Positions 19,772 to 30,011 of a stretch of DNA of 64,000 nucleotides are shown here, in pieces. The position numbers and the translations under genes were made by a program. The notes beneath the pieces are model-generated. The model was not told where the DNA came from and made no database searches. It was given only the letters and a program-made list of their open reading frames with translations. Numbering within the stretch: the first letter of the stretch is position 1; each line of letters starts with the position of its first letter. Origin of the DNA: Longimicrobiales bacterium (GTDB lineage Bacteria; Gemmatimonadota; Gemmatimonadetes; Longimicrobiales; Gaopeijiaceae); NCBI GenBank assembly GCA_965198065.1, contig CBDAON010000004.1, forward strand, positions 1,984,001-2,048,000, written 5' to 3'.

Positions 19772-20221
19772 TCAGCCTCTCGAAGGTGCCGGGATCGGCG
19801 ACGGGAGGAACGGCAGCCGCCGGACGGGCGTCGGGAGGCGCGGCCGTGAAGGGACAGGCCGCACTATGCCCGGCACGAACCCGGCGGGAAGGGTCGCGGC
19901 CACCCAGATCTTCCGAAGGGTGTCATCCACGGTCTCCCACTGCCGCCGCTGCTGGGCCAGCTGGGCTCGTCCTCTTGCGGTAATGCGGTAGTACTTCCGA
20001 CGGCGACCGCTCTCCGACTTCCCCCATCGCCCCACGATGTGGCCCTGCCGCTCGAGCCGGTGGAGCACCGGATAGAGCATACCGTCCGTCCACTCCATTT
20101 TTCCTCCGGACAGCTCGCTCACCTTCTTGAGGATCGCATACCCGTAACTGTCCCCGTCGCTCAGGATGGCCAGGATGACGGACGTGGCGGAGGCCGCGAC
20201 GAGATCCTTGCTGATGAGCAT
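19772..20221 (-). CDS. PadR family transcriptional regulator
   Basis: SYGYAI, GMLYPVLHRLE, RRRKYYRIT. Confidence 0.95.
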   Translation of the reverse strand: MLISKDLVAASATSVILAILSDGDSYGYAILKKVSELSGGKMEWTDGMLYPVLHRLERQGHIVGRWGKSESGRRRKYYRITARGRAQLAQQRRQWETVDDTLRKIWVAATLPAGFVPGIVRPVPSRPRLPTPVRRLPFLPSPIPAPSRG

Positions 20222-20278
20222 GCCTGGCGGGCCTCCCGCGGCTGGCGAGGAGCGGAAGCTTGGTTACCCAGTGGTACT

Positions 20279-20299
20279 ATACATAGTTGTACTATGTAT
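20279..20299. promoter_or_regulatory. Putative PadR operator overlapping the padR promoter
   Basis: Perfect inverted repeat ATACATAGT-TGT-ACTATGTAT; on the minus strand it overlaps a TCGCAA-17-TATAGT promoter-like pair. Confidence 0.75.
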
Positions 20300-20419
20300 T
20301 GCGAGCCGGAGCGAGTCAGCAGGTTTTTCCATGGGCATGCCCACGATCGACCGGCTCACCGTTGCCGGCCCCGTCGTCTACCGGGATTGGCGGGCTACCG
20401 GGCAGATGGAGGGATCCCG

Positions 20420-20921
20420 ATGAGCACCCTGGAAGAGGCTCTGGAAGCGAACCGGGAGGCCGTTCGCGGCCTGGTGGCTGCCGGGGAGCGTTCCGGAGCC
20501 AGATGGTCTGTCCCACGAGCGGAAGGAAAGTGGTCCCCCGCGCAGGTCACCGAGCATGTGGCGCTCTCTCTCGAGGAGTCCGCCAACCTGGTCGCGGGGC
20601 GGCCGAGCAAATTTCCCAAGCTACCCTTTCCTCCTTCGACCCCTCGCCCGCGGCCTCCTCTTACACCGGGTAATCCGGACCGGTAGGTTCCCGAAGGCCA
20701 GGACCAACAGACCGATGGACCCGGAGCGGGGTCCGGACACGCCAGCGGAAGGTCGGGCCCGGGTCGAAGTGGCGGCCGCCGCGTTCGATCGCGCGTGCAG
20801 CGAGAGCACGGCGGATTGCCTAGAGAGCGATACGTTCGGCGTGATCTCGCTCGTGGATTATGCTCGGTTCCAGGCGGTCCACACCCGCCACCACACGGTT
20901 CAGATCCCGGACCCGAATTAA
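20420..20921 (+). pseudogene. DinB family protein, frameshifted
   Basis: GKWSPAQVTEHV and C-terminal HTRHH lie in different frames; removing one T at ~20627 joins them. Confidence 0.8.
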
Positions 20922-20962
20922 GGTCGGCCTCCGCTCACACCCGGATCGGAGGTGCGGGTACG

Positions 20963-21721
20963 TTGGCACGACGGGCCATCAGCAGAGAGGTGAGCGATTC
21001 GCTCCCCCGGTGCGAGCTCACGTTTCTCCGGCGGGAGCCCATCGACGTGGGCCTGGCCCGCCAGCAGCACGCCGCGTACGTGAGAGCCCTGGAGCAGCAC
21101 GGCTGCAGCGTCGCCGTGCTACCCGCCCTGCACGACATGCCGGACGCGGTCTTCGTGGAGGACCCCATTGTCGTGCTCGACGAGTGCGCGGTCGTGGTGA
21201 CGCTCGGGACGGTCAAGCGCCGAGCCGAGATCCCGTCCCTGGCCGCCGAAGTCGAGAAGCATCGGCCCCTTCGCCGGACGGAGCTGCCCGGGCTTTTGGA
21301 CGGTGGGGATGTCCTCCGCATCGGTCGCACCTTGTTCGTGGGTCGCTCCACGCGGACGAACGACGAAGGGATCGAGCAGCTCGGGAAGATCGCCTCTCCG
21401 CTAGGGTACGAGGTACGGGCCGTGGAGCTGGGCGACTGCCTGCACCTCAAGTCGGGGTGCACGTTCGCGGGCGAGCATGTGCTAATTCACGAGCCGTGGG
21501 TGGATCCGAGGCCCTTCGAGGGCTATCCCCTGCTCCGCGTGCCGGCGTCTGAGCCGGGTGGCGCAAACGTGCTGCGGCTCGCAGCCGTGGTGCTCGTATC
21601 GGCGAGCCATCCGAAGACGGAGCAGCTTCTGCGGGGGCAGGGCTACGAGACCGTAGTGGTGGACATCTCCGAGATGGAGAAGGCCGAGGCGGCACTGACC
21701 TGTATGAGCGTGCTCGTTTGA
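20963..21721 (+). CDS. Dimethylarginine dimethylaminohydrolase family (amidinotransferase fold)
   Basis: ARQQHAAY, PDAVFVED, LDGGDVL, LHLKS, C-terminal LTCMS; GGAGG SD before TTG 20963. Confidence 0.9.
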   Translation: MARRAISREVSDSLPRCELTFLRREPIDVGLARQQHAAYVRALEQHGCSVAVLPALHDMPDAVFVEDPIVVLDECAVVVTLGTVKRRAEIPSLAAEVEKHRPLRRTELPGLLDGGDVLRIGRTLFVGRSTRTNDEGIEQLGKIASPLGYEVRAVELGDCLHLKSGCTFAGEHVLIHEPWVDPRPFEGYPLLRVPASEPGGANVLRLAAVVLVSASHPKTEQLLRGQGYETVVVDISEMEKAEAALTCMSVLV

Positions 21722-21904
21722 GTGATTGCGGTCACCGTCGTCTGTGCCACGCTCGCGGGGGAGTTGGGGGGCAGCCCTCCCGTCGGCCGAAGGCGCTTGC
21801 CGCCCCCCAGAGCGCGCTCTACGATCAGCACACGAGTTCCGCTCCCCCCGGCCCGTTGGAGAGCCCATCGCGGGGGTTCGAGAGCGGTCCGCCCTAAGGA
21901 GCCT

Positions 21905-23534
21905 ATGAGCCCCGTTAAGGTGCTGGTCATCGAGGACGAGCCGGGAACCCGTCGCCTCCTCCAGGAGCTCCTTCGGAGCCGAGGGCACGAGGTGGAGGCG
22001 TGCGCGGATGGGGAGACGGGCTGGAGGGCCTACCAGCGTGAGCGTCACGCGCTCGTGCTCCTGGATCTGCAGCTGCCCGGAATCGACGGGCTCGAGGTGT
22101 GCCGCAGGATCCGGCGTTTGCCGGAGAACGATGAGACGGTGATCCTGTTCGTCACGGGCGTGTCGCGGGCAGAGGCCCTGGAGGAGGCGCTGGAAGCCGG
22201 CGCGAACGACTACGTTCCGAAGCCGGTCGACACGGAGGAGTTCCGGGTTCGCCTTTCCATCGCGGAGCGGCGCCTAAGGGATATGAGGGGGCGCAAGGAG
22301 CGGGAGGCCAACCTCCGGCACGAGTCGTACCGTTTTGCCGTGCTCGTCGTGGACCTGTGGGACTTCGCCGAGATCAATCGCGATCACGGTCGCGCCGTGG
22401 GAGACAGTCTCCTCAAGGGCGTGGCTCAGAGACTCGAAGAAGCGGTGCGGTCCGTAGATTCCGTGAGTCGCGTGACCGCGGATCGCTTCGCGATCTTACT
22501 GGACGGGCTGGCCGACGTGAGCGACCCGTCGCGCATCGCCGTACGCATTCACCAGGGCCTGTCCGCCTCGTTCGAGCTCGCGGACGAAGGGATCCGGACG
22601 AGCGCCTGCATCGGGATCGCGCTCAGCGCTGGGGGGCTACGAGGGCGCCGAAGCGATGCGTCAGGGACGCGCAGGGCGCACTGGACGAGGCGAAGGCGGA
22701 GGGGCCGGGAACGTACCGTATGCACGATCCCGTGATGCACGCGAAGGCCGTAGCGCGGGTCCAACTCGAGACCAGGATCCGGACGGGGCTGGAGCAGGAC
22801 GCGATGGAGCTCCACTATCAGCCCATCGTGCGCCTGGAGACGGGCCGGATCGCCGGATTCGAGACCCTTATCCGCTGGAGGGACAAGGAGCGCGGCTGGA
22901 TCCCTGCCGAGGAGTTCATCCCCATCGCGGAGGGGGGGAACCTCATCCTCCGCATCGGCGCCTGGGTGCTGGACCGGGCCGTCGCCCAGCTGGCGGCGTG
23001 GCGGGAGCTCATGAGCGGCGAGGTCCCGCTCTTCCTCAGCGTCAACGTCTCGGGGCGACAGTTCACCGAGCTCGATCTGTCCGAGCGGATTGCCGACAGG
23101 CTCGACCGGGCCGAGGTCCCACGAAGCGAGCTCCACCTCGAGATCACGGAGACGTCCCTGATGGAGCGGGTGGAGGTGGCGGCGCGGGTCCTCTCGTCTC
23201 TCAAGGAGCGAGGCATCTCGGTCCAGGTAGACGACTTCGGAACGGGTATTCGTCCCTCGCATACCTGTGCCGCTTCCCGATCGACGTCCTGAAGATCGAT
23301 CGATCGTTCGTGAGCCACATGCACCATACGCCAGAGAGTCGCGAGGTCGTGCGCACGATCGTGCGCCTGGCTCACAACCTCGGTATGTCCGTGATCGCCG
23401 AGGGAGTCGAGACGGAAGGTCAGCTGGCCGTGCTCCGGGAGATGGAGTGCGACCTCGCCCAGGGCTACCTGTTCTCGCGACCGGTCTCGGCAGAAAAGAT
23501 ACCGGGTCTCATGGGAGACCCGGTATTGGCCTGA
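21905..23534 (+). pseudogene. REC-degenerate GGDEF-EAL signalling protein, frameshifted
   Basis: REC (VIEDE, LLDLQLPGIDG, KP), GGDEF-like region with TADRF, EAL (YQPIV, ETL, DDFGTG, KIDRSF, EGVE, QGY) split over frames; breaks near 22633, 22658 and 23246. TTGCCG-17-TACGAT promoter at 21797-21825. Confidence 0.85.
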
Positions 23535-23840
23535 TCGGGGCCGGGCCGGCCGTGGTGGGCCGCGGCGGTTGCCCACCCGGGCCGTGGAGCCTCAATCCCG
23601 ATACCAGCCGTGGCGGCTGAACCGGCTGTGCAGGAGGCCGCTTACCTTCGCCGGGCCGGATCCGGCCGGGTCCACGCCGTCGTCCACGTAACAATAGGTA
23701 GTACCCCCCGGTTCGTATTGTGCGCCACTGGCCCGCGCGCGTATGCGTAAGCTGTACGGCTGCCCGCGCGTGATTAGGTCTGACGGAAGCGGTGGGGCGT
23801 CCGATTCCGGTCATCCGGGGTCGGAGAGCCCGAGGGGCAG

Positions 23841-24629
23841 ATGAGCGATTCGCTGAGGCTCGACATCGTCAGGGGCCTCCTCCTGGACCTGGATGGAACG
23901 GTCTACCAGGACCGCCGCGCCGTACCTGGCGCGGTGGAGGCGCTGGAGGTACTGAGAGAGCGTGGGATTCCGCACCGATTCGTCACGAACACCACGCGCC
24001 TGTCCCGGGACGGGCTCGTGGACCTGCTCGGGAGCCTTGGGATCCCGGCGGAACGGCACGAGATCTTCACCGCACCGCTCGCGGCGCTCCGGTGGCTCCG
24101 AAGTCGGGAGGTGAGGCGCGTAGCCCTTCTCGTTCCCGAGGAGGGCCGACGTGAGTTCGCTGATCTGGAGGTCGACGACACGGATCCCGAGGCGGTCGTC
24201 GTGGGCGACCTGGGTGATGGGTGGACGTTCGAGGTCATGAACCGTGCGCTCTCGTCGCTGCTTGGAGGCGCGCGCCTCGTCGCCCTCCAGAGGAACCGCT
24301 ACTGGCGCCGGGGGGACGAGCTCGTGCTCGACGCCGGACCCTTCGTTCAGGCGCTCGAGTTTGCCGCGGGCGTCGAAGCCGTGGTCGTGGGGAAGCCGGA
24401 GCCCGGATTCTTCCAGGCCGCGTCGGCGTCCATGGGCCTGGAGCCGGGCGAGGTGGCGGTGGTGGGGGATGACATCGAGGCCGACGTCGGGGGGGCCCAG
24501 GGCGCGGGCGCTCTCGGGATCCTAGTGCGCACGGGAAAGCACCGGTCCGATGACCAGGCGCGCTCCGGAATCGAGCCGGATCTCGTCATCGACTCGGTGG
24601 CCGACCTGCCGCGGCTGCTCTCGACGTGA
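23841..24629 (+). CDS. HAD-IIA hydrolase (LHPP/TIGR01458-like)
   Basis: DLDGT, VTNTT, VGKP, GDDIEADVGGA, LVRTGK. Confidence 0.92.
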   Translation: MSDSLRLDIVRGLLLDLDGTVYQDRRAVPGAVEALEVLRERGIPHRFVTNTTRLSRDGLVDLLGSLGIPAERHEIFTAPLAALRWLRSREVRRVALLVPEEGRREFADLEVDDTDPEAVVVGDLGDGWTFEVMNRALSSLLGGARLVALQRNRYWRRGDELVLDAGPFVQALEFAAGVEAVVVGKPEPGFFQAASASMGLEPGEVAVVGDDIEADVGGAQGAGALGILVRTGKHRSDDQARSGIEPDLVIDSVADLPRLLST

Positions 24630-26255
24630 TCAGCCCATGTGGGGATACCGCCAGTCCGTCGGCGGAACGAACGTCTCCTTGATCGTGCGCGGGCTGAGCC
24701 AGCGGATGAGGTTCAGGAGCGAGCCGGCCTTGTCGTTTGTTCCCGAGCGACGGGCGCCACCGAAGGGCTGCTGACCGACGACCGCGCCGGTCGGCTTGTC
24801 ATTCACGTAGAAGTTGCCCGCGGCGTGGCGGAGCCGCTTCGTGGCGTCCTGGACTGCGGCACCGTCCTGGGAGAACACGGATCCGGTGAGCGCGAAGGGA
24901 CTGGTCTGGTCGAGGAGCTCCAACGTCTCGCTCCACCGCGAATCGGGGTAGACGTAGACCGTGAGGATCGGGCCGAAGAGCTCGCGCGTCATCGTATCGT
25001 ACGTCGGGTTCTCGGTGCGGAGCACAGTGGGCTCGACGAACCACCCGATCTCGTTGTCGGCCCCCCCCCCCAAGACGACCTCGAGCCCGTCGGCGCGGGC
25101 CTTCTCGATGGCTCCCTTGTGCTTCTTGAACGCCTTCTCGTCGATCACGGCGCCCATGAACATGGAGAGATCCTCGCCCACGTCTCCCATGCGGATCTCG
25201 TTCACCATGGCCACGATCCCGTCCCGGACCTCGGGCCAGAGGGACTGCGGAACGTAGGCGCGGGACGCGGCCGAGCACTTCTGTCCCTGGTACTCGAAGG
25301 CGCCCCTTCCGAGGGCGACCACGAGCGGTGCCAGGGACGCGGAGGGGTGTGCGAGCACGAAGTCCTTCCCGCCGCTCTCCCCGACGATTCGTGGGAAGGC
25401 TCGGTACCACTGGAGGTTCTCGGCCGTGGTCTGCCACAAACTCGCGAGCGCGGCCTCGGATCCCGTGAAGTGGAGCCCCGCGAACGACTCATGGGCGAGC
25501 GCGACCTCCGCGATGTTGGGACCGCTTCCGTGGAGGAGGTTCACGACACCGGCGGGAAGGCCGGCTGTCCGTAGCGCTTCCATCGTGTAGTGCGCCGAGA
25601 GCGCCTGCTTGTCGGACGGCTTCCAGAGGACGACGTTCCCGAGCATCGCAGGCGCGGTGGGGAGGTTTCCGCCGATTGCCGTGAAGTTGAACGGCGTGAT
25701 TGCGAGGACGAATCCCTCGAGCGGCCGGTAGTCGAGTTGGTTCCAGGTGCCGGGTGTCGAGATGGGCTGCTCGGCGTAAATCCTCTCGGCGAAGTGGATG
25801 TTGAAGCGGAGGAAGTCCACCAGCTCGCAGACGGCGTCGATCTCGGACTGGTAGACGGACTTGGACTGTCCGAGGATCGTGGCGGCATTGATCGTGTCGC
25901 GCATAGGGCCGGCCAGGAGGTCGGCTGCGCGGAGGAAGACGGCCGCACGGTCCTCCCAGGGGGTCTCGGACCAGTCCCGCGCGGCCCGCAGCGCCCGCTC
26001 GATCGCCCGCTCCACTTCCTTCGGTCCGGCCGCCTGCACCGTCGCGAGCTCCAGGTCGTGGCGATGGGGCGCACGCTGCACGAACGTCGTCTCGCCTTTC
26101 TCCTCGGCTCCGCCGATAACGAGCGGAAGCTCCGCCTCCTGCCGGCTCATCTCCCGGATGCGAGCTTCGAGCGAGGCTCGCTCCGTCGAGCCCGGGCGAT
26201 ACTCTCTCGGCGGCTCGTTCCGGGGCGGGGGAACCGGAATCTGGCCCTGCCTCAT
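24630..26255 (-). CDS. pruA: L-glutamate gamma-semialdehyde (P5C) dehydrogenase
   Basis: ITPFNFTAIGGNL, GESGGKDF, YQGQKCSA, ELFGP, NDKPTGAVVGQQPFGG. Confidence 0.95.
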   Translation of the reverse strand: MRQGQIPVPPPRNEPPREYRPGSTERASLEARIREMSRQEAELPLVIGGAEEKGETTFVQRAPHRHDLELATVQAAGPKEVERAIERALRAARDWSETPWEDRAAVFLRAADLLAGPMRDTINAATILGQSKSVYQSEIDAVCELVDFLRFNIHFAERIYAEQPISTPGTWNQLDYRPLEGFVLAITPFNFTAIGGNLPTAPAMLGNVVLWKPSDKQALSAHYTMEALRTAGLPAGVVNLLHGSGPNIAEVALAHESFAGLHFTGSEAALASLWQTTAENLQWYRAFPRIVGESGGKDFVLAHPSASLAPLVVALGRGAFEYQGQKCSAASRAYVPQSLWPEVRDGIVAMVNEIRMGDVGEDLSMFMGAVIDEKAFKKHKGAIEKARADGLEVVLGGGADNEIGWFVEPTVLRTENPTYDTMTRELFGPILTVYVYPDSRWSETLELLDQTSPFALTGSVFSQDGAAVQDATKRLRHAAGNFYVNDKPTGAVVGQQPFGGARRSGTNDKAGSLLNLIRWLSPRTIKETFVPPTDWRYPHMG

Positions 26256-27265
26256 CGTCCTCCTCCTCGGGCACGTGGTGCCAGGATGCTTGCTCCCCGC
26301 GCGTCCGCCACGCGGATGAAGTCCAGCACGGTCTCCACGGCGGCCAGGTAGAACTCCGGCGTGATCCGAGCGACGGTGTCCGTCGGTCTGTGATAGTCGG
26401 GGTGGTCCTCCACGCCGAAGTAGAGGAACGGGATCCCCGCGTCGTGGAAAGGACCGTGATCGGAAGCCGACGTCCAGTCGTCCCCGGGCGGAAGGCTCGG
26501 CCGGTCGTGCCCGGTGAGGACCGTGACGCCGCTACGACCCGCCACCAGTTCTCCGAGGAAGGGGTAGTGATAGGTCCCTGCGGCGTAGAGCTCGCCCGCG
26601 TCGCTCCTGCTGATCATGTCCAGGTTCACGTTCAGGACGACGGAATCGAGAGGGACGGCGGGATTCGACACGAATGCCCGCGCGCCGAGTAGGCCCATCT
26701 CCTCGGCGTCGAACGCAACGAAGAGGAGCGAGTGGTCGGTCGGGTCGCCCGAGAAGTGGGAGGCGAGGGCCAGGAGCGCGGCCGTCCCGGAAGCGTTATC
26801 GTCCGCCCCGTTGTAGATCTGGTTCCCTCGCATTCCGAGGTGATCGTAGTGGGCCGATACGACGATGAAGCGGCCGGAGAAGGCGCGGCCCGGGACGACA
26901 CCCAGGATGTTCGCTCCGCGGCTCCCGGGTTCGCCCGAGCCGCCGCTAGGCTCGAACTCCTGAAGCCTCCGCCCGTCGATCGCCTGGAGCCCACTCTCTT
27001 CGAACGCTTCCAGGAGGAAGTGGCGGGCCCGCTCGATCCCCGGGGTCCCCGTCCGCCGGCCCTCCATGGAGTCGTGTGCCAGGATCGAGAGGTCCATGAG
27101 CAGCCGAGATCGTTCCTCCACGCTCAGCGTGTCGGCGGCGACCGGGCGCTCCAGGGCCAGCGCGGCGCCCGGCACCAGATCCGGTGCGAAGGGGGCCAAC
27201 GTCCCGACGGTGACGCCGAGCAGGATCCCGAGCACGGCAGGGCGGAGGGCGGGGGCTCGCATCAT
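26252..27265 (-). CDS. M28 family metallopeptidase, secreted
   Basis: Signal peptide; AHYDH, GADDNASG, AEEMGLLG, NLDM, SDH, DYH. Confidence 0.93.
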   Translation of the reverse strand: MMRAPALRPAVLGILLGVTVGTLAPFAPDLVPGAALALERPVAADTLSVEERSRLLMDLSILAHDSMEGRRTGTPGIERARHFLLEAFEESGLQAIDGRRLQEFEPSGGSGEPGSRGANILGVVPGRAFSGRFIVVSAHYDHLGMRGNQIYNGADDNASGTAALLALASHFSGDPTDHSLLFVAFDAEEMGLLGARAFVSNPAVPLDSVVLNVNLDMISRSDAGELYAAGTYHYPFLGELVAGRSGVTVLTGHDRPSLPPGDDWTSASDHGPFHDAGIPFLYFGVEDHPDYHRPTDTVARITPEFYLAAVETVLDFIRVADARGASILAPRARGGGR

Positions 27266-27346
27266 GGGATCCTGCACCTACACTTGACGGTACCGAGTGG
27301 TTCTGGGGGCATCGACGCGCTTCGGGACGGCCGAGGGAGGCGGATC

Positions 27347-28828
27347 GTGAGACGACTCGAGCGGACGGTGGTAATCGGCGCCCTCGTGCTGGCCGGTCTC
27401 GTGGCCTGGCTGCCCTTTTCGGTCCAGGGGCAGATCACCCGAGCAGAGCACGCGGAACGCAGGCGCGCATTGGCCGAGCGGACCGGAGACGGCCTCCTCC
27501 TCGCCGTGGGAAGCGCGGCTCCCCCCGAGGATTACATCGCCTTCTATCAGAACTCTCCGCTTCGCTACCTGACCGGATTCACCGAGCCGAACGCGACCCT
27601 CGTCATGCTGGTGCGCGGGGGGCAGGTCCAGCGAGAGATCCTGTTCGTGAACCCGCGGGCGCCGGCGGACGAGACGTGGGAGGGGTACCGGGTCGGTGCG
27701 GCCGGGGCCCGAGCGGCTACGGGAGTCCAGGGCCGGAGCGTCGAGGATCTTCCGGCCGTCCTCGATTCCCTGGTGTCCTCGGGGTGGTCCGAGGTCGGCG
27801 TTGCGACCGCCTACGATCCCTCGGGCGAGCTCCTGGATGACGTCTCGCAGCGGACCCGGGGCCTGGTCGAGGGAAGGGCGGGGATCGCCTTGCGGTCCGT
27901 GGCTAGCCAGGTCGACCAACTCCGGTACGTCAAGTCCCCAGCCGAGCTGGATCTGATCCGGAAGGCGGCGGACATCACGGTCCAGGCCCAGCGCGAGATC
28001 ATGGGCGCGGCGGCGCCCGGGATGAACGAATTCGAGCTCCAGGCGCTCCTCGAGTACACGTTCCGCCGGTACGGCTCCGAGCGTCCGGCCTTCTCGTCCA
28101 TCGTGGGATCTGGCCCGAACTCGACCGTCCTCCATTACAACGCGAACGACCGCTTCATGGAAGACGGTGACGTCGTCGTGGTGGACATCGGGGCGAGCTA
28201 CGGCGGATATGCCGCGGACGTAACGAGGACCCTCCCCGCGAATGGGCGGTTCAGTGAGCCGCAGCGGGAGATTTACCAGGTCGTCCGGGATGCCCAGGCC
28301 GCCGCGGAAGGGGTCGGACGGCCCGGGCTCAGAGTCCAGGAGATGTCGGCGGTCGCCGCGAGGGTGATCGCCGAGGGCCTCGCCCGCCTTGGGCTGATCG
28401 AGTCGCCGGGGGCCACGTTCGTGGACGAGATGGGGCGCGAGCTCCCGCAGTACTTCCTCTACTACATGCACGCGCTCGGGCACGGGATCGGGCTCGACGT
28501 CCACGACCCCTATCCGTCGGTTTTCGAGCCGGGGATCCCGTTCACGATCGAGCCCGGAATCTACGTGCGACCTAATCTCCTCACCGAGGTCATCCCCGAC
28601 ATCCTGGGGAATCGATCCCTCCGTGAGACCGTGGCCCGGGTGTTCCCAGGGTACGTGAACATCGGGGTCCGAATCGAGGACGACTACGTGGTGACGTCGT
28701 CGGGGGTCGAGTGGATCTCTCGCGCTCCGCGCGAGCTGGACGAGATCGAAGCCCTGATGGCGGAGCCGTGGACCGGCCCGGGGAGCCGGGACGCGGGCCG
28801 GGTGGAGTGGTACCGGGCGTTGCCGTGA
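27347..28828 (+). CDS. Xaa-Pro aminopeptidase (M24B), with signal peptide
   Basis: LHY, DIGA, ADVTRT, HALGHGIGLDVHD, TIEPGIY, GVRIEDD; hydrophobic N-terminus after GTG 27347. Confidence 0.93.
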   Translation: MRRLERTVVIGALVLAGLVAWLPFSVQGQITRAEHAERRRALAERTGDGLLLAVGSAAPPEDYIAFYQNSPLRYLTGFTEPNATLVMLVRGGQVQREILFVNPRAPADETWEGYRVGAAGARAATGVQGRSVEDLPAVLDSLVSSGWSEVGVATAYDPSGELLDDVSQRTRGLVEGRAGIALRSVASQVDQLRYVKSPAELDLIRKAADITVQAQREIMGAAAPGMNEFELQALLEYTFRRYGSERPAFSSIVGSGPNSTVLHYNANDRFMEDGDVVVVDIGASYGGYAADVTRTLPANGRFSEPQREIYQVVRDAQAAAEGVGRPGLRVQEMSAVAARVIAEGLARLGLIESPGATFVDEMGRELPQYFLYYMHALGHGIGLDVHDPYPSVFEPGIPFTIEPGIYVRPNLLTEVIPDILGNRSLRETVARVFPGYVNIGVRIEDDYVVTSSGVEWISRAPRELDEIEALMAEPWTGPGSRDAGRVEWYRALP

Positions 28829-29949
28829 CACCCGCCGTCCGCCGCAATCTGCTCGGGGCTGCCCTGGGGTTGGCGGGGTGGATCACTTACCTCCTTCTCT
28901 CCTCGCGCCCGTCCCTCGCCGAAGCGATCGCGGGCTCTGGCCCCATCCCGTGGGGCCGGCGCCAGCTCTCCCTGGCCACGTCGCTCGTTCCACTCTCGCT
29001 GGCCGAGGTCGTCGTCCTTGGGGTAATCGCCCGTCAGGCGATCGGCTCCTTCCGCGGAGTCCGTGCGATCCGAGGCGGGGAGGCCGGCGTCCTCGCGGTC
29101 CTCGCACGCGGAACTCTGCATCTCGCCGGGGACGTAGGGATCCTCGTGTTCCTATTTTACCTGCTCTGGGGCTTCCAGTACGCCCGGCCGGACCTGGAGG
29201 CCCGTCTGGGAATCGAGGCCGGCGGAGAGGTGAGCGCCGACGAGCTTGGACGGCTGACCGCTCGCTCGATTGAGATCACAAACGAGCTCTACCGGGAGAT
29301 TCACGGCTCCGACGACGCGGGGGAGCCGACGCCGACGCCAGCCATTGGCCCGTCGGTGTCCGCCCTGGAGGAGGGATGGGCGCAAGTCGGGGCGCTGTAC
29401 GATCTCCCCACGGCAGTGAACCGGAGCTTCGGTTCGCCCAAGACCTTCGTATCGAGCCCGCTTGTCAAGCGACTCGGACTCGCAGGCATGCACTTCCCCT
29501 ACACGGGGGAGGCGCTGGTCCTCTCGGACCTGCCGGGCGTGCTCCTCGGAAAGGACCTGGGGCACGAGATGGCCCATCAGCGCGGTTTCGCGTCGGAGTC
29601 GGACGCGAACGTCCTGGGCTTCCTCGTGGCGAAGGAGTCGCCCGATGCGATCCTCCGCTACTCCGCCTACAGCTTCCTGCAGCGCCAGCTCGTGAGCGCG
29701 CTCCAGCGCGTCTCCTCCTCTGGAGCGAGCGACGCCGTGGCCGCCCGCATCCCGGGGGTGGACCGCGATCTCCGGGCCCTGAGCCGCTACTGGGAGCCCG
29801 CCCGTACCCCGGTCGCGGCCGTCGCCAGCCGAGTGAACGACGCGATGCTCCGCTCCCACGGAATCGAGGAAGGGGTGGCGAGCTATGCGGGGAGCACGTG
29901 GGTCTTCATCGCGCTGGCCCGAGCGCGGGGTGAGGACACCCTGTTCTGA
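28825..29949 (+). CDS. DUF3810-like membrane-anchored zincin
   Basis: N-terminal TMs, LLWGFQY.R, PYTGEA, HEMAHQRGFASESDAN (HExxH..E). Confidence 0.85.
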   Translation: MTPAVRRNLLGAALGLAGWITYLLLSSRPSLAEAIAGSGPIPWGRRQLSLATSLVPLSLAEVVVLGVIARQAIGSFRGVRAIRGGEAGVLAVLARGTLHLAGDVGILVFLFYLLWGFQYARPDLEARLGIEAGGEVSADELGRLTARSIEITNELYREIHGSDDAGEPTPTPAIGPSVSALEEGWAQVGALYDLPTAVNRSFGSPKTFVSSPLVKRLGLAGMHFPYTGEALVLSDLPGVLLGKDLGHEMAHQRGFASESDANVLGFLVAKESPDAILRYSAYSFLQRQLVSALQRVSSSGASDAVAARIPGVDRDLRALSRYWEPARTPVAAVASRVNDAMLRSHGIEEGVASYAGSTWVFIALARARGEDTLF

Positions 29950-30011
29950 GGTGCCTCGGATGCGCTCGGCGCCCCGTCCACCGGCGGCGGCCAGCGGCCC
30001 GACGGGGCCAA

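Noticed and set aside
16900..23260. Programmed ribosomal frameshifting at the broken genes
   Set aside because: No slippery heptamers or consistent direction; these families are not known to use it; mutation or sequencing error is simpler.
23535..23840. Possible riboswitch or sRNA after the EAL gene
   Set aside because: No recognisable aptamer consensus or terminator; only generic GC pairing.
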